Below, in pieces: positions 1 through 8,312 of a stretch of 21,186 nucleotides of DNA. The DNA comes from Archangiaceae bacterium (GTDB lineage: Bacteria > Myxococcota > Myxococcia > Myxococcales > Myxococcaceae), in contig JAYVCD010000430.1 of NCBI GenBank assembly GCA_043750125.1, positions 1 through 21,186 on the forward strand, written 5' to 3'. A program made the position numbers and the translations under genes. How positions within the stretch are numbered: position 1 is the stretch's first letter; the number at the start of each line of letters is the position of its first letter. The notes beneath the pieces were generated by a model. The model was not told the origin of the DNA and searched no databases. It saw nothing but the letters and a program-made list of their open reading frames with translations.

Positions 1-2
1 AG

Positions 3-740
3 AACTCTACCTGCAACGCCCGCGGCGCCGGCGGGGTGGTCGACATCTCGGCGGCCCGCGCGCCCACCCGGGTGCTGGTGGTCGCGACCGACGAAGAGAA
101 GATGATCGCCCGGGAAGTTGCGCGCGTCACGGCCGGCCCAACCGCGGCCCGGAAGAGGGTCGGCGGCCACTCGATTCCAGTAGGAGTAAGCGTTCGCCAT
201 GTCCACCTCACGAGGGCGCATTGCGACGCCTTGTTCGGCCCGGGGTACGAGCTGACCGAACGCCGGCCGGTCTCGCAGCCGGGCCAGTACGTCTGCCGCG
301 AAACCGTCGATCTCGTCGGGCCCCGGGGCGAGATCGACCGGGTCGCGATCATCAACCCGCTGCGAACCCAGACTCAAGTCGAGCTGGCGCGCACCGATGC
401 GATCACCCTCGGGGTGAATCCTCCGCTTCGTGAGTCGGGCAAGCTCGACGGGACCCCGGGGTTGACCCTGCGCGGCCCCAAGGGCTCGGTCGCGCTGGAC
501 CACGGGGTGATTCTCGCCCAGCGCCACGTGCACATGCACCCCCACGATGCGCAGCGATTGGGGGTGCAGGACAAAAGCGTGATCCGGGTGCGGGTCGAGG
601 GCGAGCGCGAGACGATCTTCGGCGACGTGCTGGTGCGGGTGAATGAGCAGTACGCCCTCGACATGCACCTCGACACCGACGAGGCGAATGGAGCGGGGCT
701 GAACAACGACAGCGTCGCGACCTTCGAGGGGCTCCAGTGA
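3..740 (+). CDS. pduL: 3' part of an acetate/propionate kinase fused to a PduL-family phosphate acyltransferase (5' truncated by the window edge)
   Basis: The frame is open from base 3. The N-terminal segment 'VVDISAARAPTRVLVVATDEEKMIAREVARV' matches the acetate kinase C-terminal motif (IS...vlVipTdEElmIAre). It is followed by PduL hallmarks SVRHVHL, SQPGQY, RTQTQVELARTD, RESGKLDGTPG, QRHVHM and MHLDTDEAN. Confidence 0.85.
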   Translation, partial: NSTCNARGAGGVVDISAARAPTRVLVVATDEEKMIAREVARVTAGPTAARKRVGGHSIPVGVSVRHVHLTRAHCDALFGPGYELTERRPVSQPGQYVCRETVDLVGPRGEIDRVAIINPLRTQTQVELARTDAITLGVNPPLRESGKLDGTPGLTLRGPKGSVALDHGVILAQRHVHMHPHDAQRLGVQDKSVIRVRVEGERETIFGDVLVRVNEQYALDMHLDTDEANGAGLNNDSVATFEGLQ

Positions 741-1702
741 AAGCGGCTCGAATCGGCTCGCCTTCGGGCCCCGGTGGGCTGGTGATTGAAGAGGTCCCGG
801 CTCCTGTTCCGGGTCCTGGGCAGATCCGCGTTCAGGTCAGAGCCACTGCGCTCAACCGCGCCGATCTGCTGCAGACCCTGGGGCTCTACCCTGCCCCTCC
901 AGGAGCCCCCGCCGACATTCCGGGGCTCGAATACTGCGGAGTCGTCGATGCGCTGGGCGCGGGGGTCACCCGCTGGCAAATTGGCGAGCGGGTGATGGGC
1001 CTCGTGGCCGGTGGGGCGTGGGCCGAACAATTGATCACCGATGAGCGCGAAGCGCTGCGGGTTCCCGGGCAGCTGTCCTTCGAGCAGGCCGCGGCAGTAC
1101 CAGAAGCGTTTCTCACCGCGTTCGACGCATTGACGCTGCAAGGGGGAATGCGCGCGGGCCAGACCGTGCTGATCCACGCGGTGGGAAGCGGAGTGGGAAC
1201 CGCGGCCGTTCAGTGGGCCCAGGCCGTGGGGGCTCACACCGTGGGCACGGCCCGCACCGGCTCGAAGCTCGAACGGGCGCAGCGGCTCGGGCTCGAGCGG
1301 GCCCTGTTGGTCGAGGGCGGCTCGCCTTCGTTCGCAGCTGGGGTGCAGGCCGATGTGGCGCTGGACCTCGTCGGAGGCAACTACCTTCCCGAGACGATCG
1401 AAGCGATGGCCCCCGGCGGAATCGTGATGCTGGTCGGGCTCACCGCGGGCATTCACTGCGAGCTTCCGCTGCGAACGATCATGAGCCGACGGCTTCGCAT
1501 TCAGGGCACCACGCTTCGTTCGCGGAACGTCGCCGAGAAAATCGTCCTCGCCGAAGCCTTCACCGCGCAGGTGTTGCCACTTTTCGCTGAGGGCAAGCTC
1601 GTGCCGGTCATCGGGAACACGGTGAAATTTGCCGGGCTGGAAGGGGCACTTCAGCAGCTGGCGGCGAACGACACCTTCGGGAAAACCGTGGTCATCCTCT
1701 AA
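737..1702 (+). CDS. NAD(P)H-quinone oxidoreductase, PIG3/zeta-crystallin (MDR) family
   Basis: Motifs ALNRADLLQ..G.YP, PGLEYCG, AAAVPEAFLTA, VLIHAVGSGVGTAAVQ, GTTLRSR and FGKTVV. The GTG start overlaps the upstream TGA (GTGA). Confidence 0.92.
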   Translation: MKAARIGSPSGPGGLVIEEVPAPVPGPGQIRVQVRATALNRADLLQTLGLYPAPPGAPADIPGLEYCGVVDALGAGVTRWQIGERVMGLVAGGAWAEQLITDEREALRVPGQLSFEQAAAVPEAFLTAFDALTLQGGMRAGQTVLIHAVGSGVGTAAVQWAQAVGAHTVGTARTGSKLERAQRLGLERALLVEGGSPSFAAGVQADVALDLVGGNYLPETIEAMAPGGIVMLVGLTAGIHCELPLRTIMSRRLRIQGTTLRSRNVAEKIVLAEAFTAQVLPLFAEGKLVPVIGNTVKFAGLEGALQQLAANDTFGKTVVIL

Positions 1703-1752
1703 CCGCAAGCGGCCAGCCGATCGTTTCCCCGTCGACCGGCAACAGAGGTTCC

Positions 1753-2151
1753 ATGAAGAAGCTCATCTTCGGGCTGGTGTTCATCTCGTCCTCTGCCTTT
1801 GCCGGGCACCACCATCATCACCACAGCTCTTCGTCCAACCACAGCTCGGGCGAGGCGGCGTGTACCCGGTGGGGCTACCCGCCGATCGATGCTGGACCTG
1901 ACGACGATGGCGGCTTTGACGATGGCGGGCTCGAAGAGCTCGAGACCGAAGATGGAGGGACCGCTTCGAGCGACGCAGGCCTCGAGCCCCCGGGCCAGGT
2001 CTGGACCTGCCTGGAACGCGCCCCCGCCTTCGGCTGCTCTGCCGCGCCCGGCAGCTCGCTGATCTGCCTGGGGGTGCTCTTCGCCGCGCTGGGAGCGTCG
2101 CGACGCGCGGCCGCAAACGAGACGTTCCGCAAATCGGTCGTGAGGTTGTAG
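1753..2151 (+). CDS. Small secreted His-tract protein with a MYXO-CTERM-like C-terminal sorting signal
   Basis: GAGG SD upstream; signal peptide MKKLIFGLVFISSSAFA; GHHHHHHSSSS; acidic D[AG]G repeats; C-terminal 'FGCSAAPGS' followed by a hydrophobic helix and basic residues. Confidence 0.75.
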   Translation: MKKLIFGLVFISSSAFAGHHHHHHSSSSNHSSGEAACTRWGYPPIDAGPDDDGGFDDGGLEELETEDGGTASSDAGLEPPGQVWTCLERAPAFGCSAAPGSSLICLGVLFAALGASRRAAANETFRKSVVRL

Positions 2152-2161
2152 AGAAGGGGGC

Positions 2162-3172
2162 ATGGCCTCCTTTAATCCCGCCAGTGCCGCGCCGGTGGAC
2201 TCCGGCATCTTTGGGCTGCCGAACACCCCTGCAGACGCGCAGGTGGTGTTGATCCCCGTACCGTTCGAAGCCACCACCAGCTACGGCGGAGGAACGGCCG
2301 ATGGTCCGCGGGCGGTGCTCAAGGCCAGTCGGCAGGTCGACTTGTTCGATCTCGACACCGGCCGACCGTACGAGGCAGGCATCGCCATGCTCGACGAGTC
2401 CCCCGAGCTTCGTCGGTGGAATGACGAGGCGAAGAGCTGGGCCGGGCCGATCATCGCCGACGGGGGCGAGGGAAATCACTCGGCGGCGCTTCGCGAAGTG
2501 AACAGCCGCTGCGAGCAGATGAACGCCTGGGTCTACCAGACGACTCAGCGGTTGCTGGAGCAGGGCAAGCGGGTCGGCCTGGTGGGAGGCGATCACTCGA
2601 CCCCCTATGGCTGCATCAAGGCCCACGCCGAACGCTACCCCGAGATGGGAATCCTGCACCTCGACGCGCACGCAGATCTGCGCGAGGCCTACGAGGGGTT
2701 CACCTGGTCCCACGCGTCGATCATGTTCAACGTCGTGACGAAAATTCACCAGGTGAAGAAGCTGGTTCAGGTGGGAATTCGTGACTTCTCGGAAGCCGAG
2801 TTCAACCTGATCGAAGCCAGCGACGGAAAGATCGAGACGTTCTTCGACGCCAACCTCGCCCGCTCGAAGCTCGGCGGCATGGCCTGGCGAGAGCTGGTCG
2901 ACAACATCGTCTCGGTGCTGCCGCAGAACGTCTACCTCTCGTTCGACATCGACGGGCTCGACCCTACCCTCTGTCCCCATACCGGGACCCCGGTGCCCGG
3001 TGGCCTGTCCTTCCACGAGACGATTGCCTTGCTGGAAGGCGTCGCCCGCGCTGGAAAAAAGATCGTCGGCTTCGACTTGAACGAAGTGACGCCCGGCCAA
3101 TCGGGCGAGTGGGACGGCAACGTGGCCGCCCGCCTGCTCTACAAGATGATCGGCTGGATGCTGAAGACGTAG
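2162..3172 (+). CDS. speB: Agmatinase / ureohydrolase (arginase family)
   Basis: Motifs PFEATTSYGGGTADGP, GGDHS, LHLDAHADLR, WSHAS, SFDIDGLDP, GTPVPGGL and GFDLNEV. Purine-rich SD-like AGAAGGGGG upstream. Confidence 0.9.
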   Translation: MASFNPASAAPVDSGIFGLPNTPADAQVVLIPVPFEATTSYGGGTADGPRAVLKASRQVDLFDLDTGRPYEAGIAMLDESPELRRWNDEAKSWAGPIIADGGEGNHSAALREVNSRCEQMNAWVYQTTQRLLEQGKRVGLVGGDHSTPYGCIKAHAERYPEMGILHLDAHADLREAYEGFTWSHASIMFNVVTKIHQVKKLVQVGIRDFSEAEFNLIEASDGKIETFFDANLARSKLGGMAWRELVDNIVSVLPQNVYLSFDIDGLDPTLCPHTGTPVPGGLSFHETIALLEGVARAGKKIVGFDLNEVTPGQSGEWDGNVAARLLYKMIGWMLKT

Positions 3173-3176
3173 CGGG

Positions 3177-3839
3177 CTACTCGGCGTTCCAGTCGGACGC
3201 AGGCAGCACCTTCCAGCCGGTGTCGACCTTTCCGGCCTTGAAGCGAACCACCCGCAGCGGCCATTCGCGCGGGGTCTTGGCCGGGCCTTCCTTGCTCAGC
3301 ACGGTCCAGCGGTGAATCTCGATCGAGTACTTCCCGGACGTCCCCGCTTTGGCCAGCAGCGCCCTCATCGGGTTCTTCGGGTGCCAGTACACTTCCTTGC
3401 CGACGCGCAGGGCGTAGTACGCCAACACCGGGTGGGCCTTGAGCAGCGCCGCCGCCTTTTCCCGCGTCGGCCCCAGCATCTTTTCGGCATCCTCCTTGGA
3501 CACTTCGACCATCTTCATATCGTCGCCCACCGCTTCAGCCCCCATCAGCTTGGTCAGCGCCTTGCGACCCGCTTTGTCGAGGTCCGTCATCATTCCGACC
3601 ACGTGCCCCAGGTCGGCTTCCTCTCGCTTGACCGGGTCTTTGGCCTTCAGTTCCCAGTTTTCGAGCGAGAAGAGCTGCGCGTTCATCGTCACGCCGCCCA
3701 GCAGCAAGTCCTTTCCTGCCTCGTCGCCTTTGCCGGTCAACGCGTTGAGGTAGGTCTCGGCCGCCTTCTTTGCCTCTTCGTCCTGAGCCAGCGCAGGCAC
3801 GGCAAACAACAGGGCAGTCGCGACGAATAACTTTTTCAT
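3177..3839 (-). CDS. Secreted hypothetical protein
   Basis: Signal peptide MKKLFVATALLFAVPALA-Q; AAGGA SD upstream; protein-like composition; fills the gap between neighbours exactly. Confidence 0.8.
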   Translation of the reverse strand: MKKLFVATALLFAVPALAQDEEAKKAAETYLNALTGKGDEAGKDLLLGGVTMNAQLFSLENWELKAKDPVKREEADLGHVVGMMTDLDKAGRKALTKLMGAEAVGDDMKMVEVSKEDAEKMLGPTREKAAALLKAHPVLAYYALRVGKEVYWHPKNPMRALLAKAGTSGKYSIEIHRWTVLSKEGPAKTPREWPLRVVRFKAGKVDTGWKVLPASDWNAE

Positions 3840-3862
3840 GAGGTCCTTCTTAGTGGATTCTC

Positions 3863-5149
3863 ATGGTCATGAACCACGCACTTCTCTGGGTCCTCAGCCT
3901 CGCTACAGCAGATTTGGCGTCCCGGCGTGACCTGGTGGTCGACGTGGTTCAAAAAACGTCACCGGCCGTCGTCTACATCGGCACCGTTCAAATCGTCGAC
4001 GGCTTCCGAACCCGAAATCCGTTTCAGGAATTCTATTACGGAGAGCGTGAAGAGAAGCGCGCAGTGGAAGGCCTGGGAAGCGGGGTGATCGTCGATGCCT
4101 CGGGCCTGATCGTGACCAACGAGCACGTCATTCGCGGCGCCTCTGAGATTCACGTCGTGCTGGCCGATGGGCGCCAGGTCGATGCCGAGGTGATCGGCTC
4201 GGATGCAGACAATGACCTGGCGGTGCTGAAGGTGAGCGTGAAAGGTGCGTTGCCCTTCGCGAAGCTCGGCACGTCCAGCGACCTGATGATCGGCGAAAAG
4301 CTGATCGCAATTGGGTCTCCGTTTGGGCTCAAGAAGACCGTCACCGTGGGCGTGGTCTCGGCGATCAACCGCAGCTTCAAGGCCGACAACCGCACCTACA
4401 ACGACTTCATCCAGACCGACGCCTCGATCAACCCGGGAAACTCGGGCGGCCCGCTGCTCAATGTCGACGGCGAGGTGGTCGGCATCAACTCGGCCATTTT
4501 CGCCAGCGCGCAAGGCATCGGCTTCGCGATTCCGGCCGACAAGGTGAAGCGCATCGTCACCGAGCTGACTGCGTTCGGAAAAGTCCGACCGGTCTGGCTT
4601 GGCATCGACGTTCAGCCGCTGACCGCCGAGCTGCGGCGCCGGTTGGGGTGGACGCGAAGCGACGGTGCGCTGGTCTTCGGCGTGGACCCTGGCAGTCCGG
4701 CCGAGCTCGCCGGCATTCAACGTGGAGACATCGTCGCCAGCGTCGGCTCCACCCAGGTGGAAGACGCCGACGACTTTACGGTGCGGCTCAAGAGCTACCC
4801 GGTGAAGACGCCTCTGGCGCTGAGCGTTTTTCGGGGAGGCCAGACCCTGCAGATCGCCGTGACGCCGGTCGAATTTCCAACCCGGCTCGCCGACGGGCTG
4901 GCGTGGGATCGCCTGGGGCTTCGGCTGAAGTTGGCCAAGGGAGGAATGGCGATTACCGCCGTGCGCCCGGGAACCGCAGCCGCGCGCATCGGCCTCGAGC
5001 CGGGCGACCTGATCCTCCGGCTGAACAATCAACCCTTGAGCGCCGAACCTGCTTTTCGCGAAGCGCTGATCGCCGCGCGATCGAGCCGCAGCTTGTTGCT
5101 GCTCGTGCAGCGGGGCCGACTCGGGTACTACCTCACGCTCCCGTTTTGA
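3863..5149 (+). CDS. htrA: HtrA/DegP/DegQ-family trypsin-like serine protease with two PDZ domains
   Basis: GLGSGVIV, TNEHVI (His), DLAVLK (Asp), IQTDASINPGNSGGPL (Ser) and GIGFAIP. Two PDZ motifs: GSPAELAGIQRGDIV and GTAAARIGLEPGDLI. The start could alternatively be ATG 3869. Confidence 0.95.
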   Translation: MVMNHALLWVLSLATADLASRRDLVVDVVQKTSPAVVYIGTVQIVDGFRTRNPFQEFYYGEREEKRAVEGLGSGVIVDASGLIVTNEHVIRGASEIHVVLADGRQVDAEVIGSDADNDLAVLKVSVKGALPFAKLGTSSDLMIGEKLIAIGSPFGLKKTVTVGVVSAINRSFKADNRTYNDFIQTDASINPGNSGGPLLNVDGEVVGINSAIFASAQGIGFAIPADKVKRIVTELTAFGKVRPVWLGIDVQPLTAELRRRLGWTRSDGALVFGVDPGSPAELAGIQRGDIVASVGSTQVEDADDFTVRLKSYPVKTPLALSVFRGGQTLQIAVTPVEFPTRLADGLAWDRLGLRLKLAKGGMAITAVRPGTAAARIGLEPGDLILRLNNQPLSAEPAFREALIAARSSRSLLLLVQRGRLGYYLTLPF

Positions 5150-5153
5150 ACGG

Positions 5154-6332
5154 CTATTGGAACGCGCCGACGAACACCCGATCGATCGAGCTTCCTGAAG
5201 GCATCAGCCGGCCCCCGACCGAGTAGATCTTTCCTTTGTAGATCGGCGCCTGGTGCACGTGGGACCGGGCGATCGGCAGCGGAGTCACGTCGGCAAAAGG
5301 GCTCAGGGTGTTGTCGCTGAGGAAGCGCGCCTGCCGGACGCGATCGGTGAACATCTCGGCGCCGGGCCCGCCCTGGCCCCCGCCGACGACAAACAGCGAG
5401 TCGCCCCAGACCGAAGCGCCGGCGGTCCACGGAGGGTTCGGCATGTCGCCCACTACCGTCCAACCGGTGATCGTACCGGCGGCGTCGTGCTCGGACCTGA
5501 GCACCGGGGTCAACCCTACTTCGCCGGTGGTGAACCCTCCGGCGAGGAAGATCCGGCCGCCGTGAATGACCGCGGTGTGGTGGCTGCGCGGCTGGGGCAA
5601 GGCGGGCCCCGCGGCCCAGGGTCCAGGCAAGCCGTCGGCGTCGAGCTGGCTGACGAACACCTTGTCTTTGGGAAACTGCGCCGAGCCCCCGATCAGATAC
5701 AGCTTGTTTTCGAGCACGACGGCAGTGCCGTGCAGCACCCCTTCGGTCAGCTGAGGGCCGAGCTGCCAGGAAATCTCTCCATCGTTGGGCGAGATTTTGC
5801 CGACCAGCACCTTTCCCGAAGCGAAGAGCCCGGTCGCTGCCATCCCCACGCCCCCGCACAGGTAGACCCGGTCGCCTGAGACGACCTGGGCTGCAAAGCC
5901 GATCGCGGCCGGAAGTACGCCCGCATCGCCCCAGGCGCCGAGCGACCCGGTAGACGTGATTCGGGCGCGTCGAACCGCCCCGTAGATCTCTTTCACGTCC
6001 GATTGTGCCGAGCGCGCACCCCCCAGAACGTAGAAGGACGCGCCGGCATCGTCTTCGTGAACGAAACTGGCGTGGTGGTCGATCACCACCGGAAAACGGT
6101 CGGGCTCGGTCCACCCGATGGTGCACGGGTCGGCGCGATCACAGGCCACGCCCCCGTCGATGACTCCAGCATCCGGAACACCCGAATCGACCGGCCCCGC
6201 ATCTACGGGACCCGCGTCGGCTTCGATTCCTGAGTCCACCAACCCGCCATCGACGACCGCTGGATTGCTCTTGGGCCCGCAGGCCAGCGCGAGGCAGACC
6301 AGTGCGACCCAAAACGGGGACAGGGAGTTCAT
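5154..6332 (-). CDS. Kelch-repeat (beta-propeller) lipoprotein
   Basis: Probable start ATG 6332 (MNSLSPFWVALVCLALAC) with lipobox LALA-C. A D[AGS]G linker is followed by Kelch repeats (FYVLGG, VYLCGG, LYLIGG, IFLAGG, LFVVGG, IYSVGG; W...P.LP.PRSHH). Confidence 0.85.
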   Translation of the reverse strand: MNSLSPFWVALVCLALACGPKSNPAVVDGGLVDSGIEADAGPVDAGPVDSGVPDAGVIDGGVACDRADPCTIGWTEPDRFPVVIDHHASFVHEDDAGASFYVLGGARSAQSDVKEIYGAVRRARITSTGSLGAWGDAGVLPAAIGFAAQVVSGDRVYLCGGVGMAATGLFASGKVLVGKISPNDGEISWQLGPQLTEGVLHGTAVVLENKLYLIGGSAQFPKDKVFVSQLDADGLPGPWAAGPALPQPRSHHTAVIHGGRIFLAGGFTTGEVGLTPVLRSEHDAAGTITGWTVVGDMPNPPWTAGASVWGDSLFVVGGGQGGPGAEMFTDRVRQARFLSDNTLSPFADVTPLPIARSHVHQAPIYKGKIYSVGGRLMPSGSSIDRVFVGAFQ

Positions 6333-6474
6333 GTCGGGGCCGGTGAGCAACTTCCATACCGCGACGCCCCACGAGGAAGAATCGAAGTTGGCGTTAGGAG
6401 CCTGCCGCGCCAAATGGAGAGAGCTCTGACATAAAGCTGGCGCGTCAGCGGCTTTCCGAGGCGCGCGCCAGTTG

Positions 6475-6502
6475 TTGACGTCTGTCCATTTCCCCGTAAA
6501 CC
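6475..6502 (+). promoter_or_regulatory. Putative sigma70-type promoter of the pseudokinase gene (possibly leaderless)
   Basis: TTGACG (6475-6480), 16 bp spacer, TAAACC (6497-6502), 6 nt, then ATG 6509. No SD visible. Confidence 0.4.
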
Positions 6503-6508
6503 GTGGGC

Positions 6509-8308
6509 ATGGCGATCAAGAGGTACCAGGCCCTGGGCCCTCTGCTGGCCGGAGAAGGGTCTCGGGCGTTCATCGGTCTGGAAATTTCGAATGACGGGCG
6601 CGCGGATCCGGTGGTGTTGGTCTGGGTCCCGGAAGGAACTGAAAAAGACCCCGCGCTGCTCGAGCGGATCCGGAAGGAAACTGAGCACGCGGCTCGGCTG
6701 GATCACCCGAACATCGTGCGGGTTCACGGGCTGGCGTTGCTGGACGAAGGGTACGCGCGCGTCGTCGAGTTCGCCGACGGCGAGTCCCTGCGAAAGCTGC
6801 TCGAGATCGCCAAAAAGCTTCCTCCGCGATTCGCTGCGAAGATCGTCTGCGACGCGGCGATGGGCGTTCACTACGCGCACATGGCCGGCAACGACGATGG
6901 TTCGCCCCTGGTGCACGGCGACATCCGCCCTGAGACCCTGCTGTTGTCGTTCAGCGGAGCAGTGAAGGTCACGGGCTACGGCGCCCTCGCCTTCGCACCC
7001 CGAGAGACCGGAGGACAGCGGGTGAAGGGCCGACGGGTCCACATCGCTCCCGAGCAGATCATCGGCGGACGCGAGGCGTTCACGATTCAAACCGACGTTT
7101 ACCTGTTGGGGCTCACGCTTCACGAATGCCTGACCGGTCTGGTTCCCTTCGCCGACCAGAACGACTTCTTCGACCACGCGGTCCTCACCCTGCCCCTGCA
7201 GCCGCCTCCTCCGGGCGAAGTGCCTGAGGCGCTCGAGAAGATCATCTACCGGGCGTGCTCGAAGAAAGTGCCCGAGCGCTACGCGACTCCGCTGCAGCTG
7301 CGCGAGGAAATCGAGAAGGCGATGGGAGGTGTGCTGCCTTCGAACGAAGAGCTCGCCGCCTTCCTCAAGACTTTCTTCCCAGACAGCGACCAGACGCGCG
7401 CGGCCCGGCGCCAGGCCATCGACGCCGGGGTTGCCGACTACGCGCGCAAGGTCTGGGCTGAGCGAAAAATGGAGCCGGTCTTCACGCCTTCGGGCGGCAC
7501 TCCGATGTTTCCGCCAATCAAGACCCCGATGGCGATCGCGGCGGTCGAGGTCAAAGCCCCAGCTGCAAAGCCGCCCGTTTCCCGGGTGTCCAAACCCGCC
7601 GCGCTGTCCGCGGACTCTTCGCCGTCGTTGTCGGCGGTGCACAGTCCGCCCAGGTCACGGACCCCGGTGTTGATTGGAGTCGCGGTCACCGTCGCAATCG
7701 GGCTCGTCTGGTGGGCGGCAGGCCCCCGTTCGCCTGCAGTCCCCAAACCCGAACCGCGCGCGGCCGTCACCATCGCGCCTGCCGCGGTCCCCATCGCGGT
7801 GATCGCGGTGATCGATGCAGGCCCGGCAGAGGTCGTCGATGCGGGCTCCGCAAGTCCCGCGGTCGTCGCCACCGGGGTCAACACGGCCGCGCCCCCGTCC
7901 GATTTGGCCGAGGTGACGATCGACGTGGACCCGAATGTCGAGTTGACCGTCGAGGGCAAGCTTCTGGGCCGGACGCCCTGGACCGGGCGCCTCACGCCGG
8001 GTCGCAAGGTGTTGCAGATGCTGAACAGGGAATTGGGGATCAAGACGTCGCGGGCGATCACTGTGGTTGCCGGTGAGAAGACCGACGAGAAGTACAAGCT
8101 CAACCAGGGTTTCGTGACGCTCAGCGCTCCCGATGGGGCGCAGGTGTTCATCAACGAACGGCGCATCGGCTCGGCTCCGATTCGGGGCGAGATTCCGGTC
8201 TACGAAGGCGCCCACCGGATCAGCGTCACCGTGGGGAAAGCGCGGTGGAATGAGACGTTCAACCTCGCCCCCGGACAGCGCATCAACTTCAACGTCGAGA
8301 TGCACTGA
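6509..8308 (+). CDS. Membrane-anchored Hanks-type Ser/Thr kinase-like protein (probable pseudokinase) with C-terminal PEGA-like domains
   Basis: Kinase fold motifs (LDHPNIVRV, EFADGESL, VHGDIRPET, HIAPEQ, TDVYLLG, ERY) with degenerate catalytic residues. TM helix VLIGVAVTVAIGLVWWAAG. PEGA-like segments (VEGKLLGRTP, APDGAQVFINERRIGSAP, G.HRISV). Start is ATG 6509 or GTG 6503. Confidence 0.88.
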   Translation: MAIKRYQALGPLLAGEGSRAFIGLEISNDGRADPVVLVWVPEGTEKDPALLERIRKETEHAARLDHPNIVRVHGLALLDEGYARVVEFADGESLRKLLEIAKKLPPRFAAKIVCDAAMGVHYAHMAGNDDGSPLVHGDIRPETLLLSFSGAVKVTGYGALAFAPRETGGQRVKGRRVHIAPEQIIGGREAFTIQTDVYLLGLTLHECLTGLVPFADQNDFFDHAVLTLPLQPPPPGEVPEALEKIIYRACSKKVPERYATPLQLREEIEKAMGGVLPSNEELAAFLKTFFPDSDQTRAARRQAIDAGVADYARKVWAERKMEPVFTPSGGTPMFPPIKTPMAIAAVEVKAPAAKPPVSRVSKPAALSADSSPSLSAVHSPPRSRTPVLIGVAVTVAIGLVWWAAGPRSPAVPKPEPRAAVTIAPAAVPIAVIAVIDAGPAEVVDAGSASPAVVATGVNTAAPPSDLAEVTIDVDPNVELTVEGKLLGRTPWTGRLTPGRKVLQMLNRELGIKTSRAITVVAGEKTDEKYKLNQGFVTLSAPDGAQVFINERRIGSAPIRGEIPVYEGAHRISVTVGKARWNETFNLAPGQRINFNVEMH

Positions 8309-8312
8309 GCGC

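Noticed and set aside
1804-1833. His6 tract as a cloning-vector artefact
   Set aside because: It follows a native-looking signal peptide within a continuous genomic operon, with mixed CAC/CAT codons and no vector, protease-site or polylinker sequence.
6437-6471. Inverted repeat CTGGCGCG...CGCGCCAG upstream of the pseudokinase promoter
   Set aside because: The arms are 8 bp and GC-rich with a long spacer and no U-tract, which is expected by chance at this GC content.
6509-8308. Kinase gene as a pseudogene
   Set aside because: There are no stops or frameshifts, and the structural motifs, TM helix and C-terminal domains are intact. The changes concentrate at catalytic positions.
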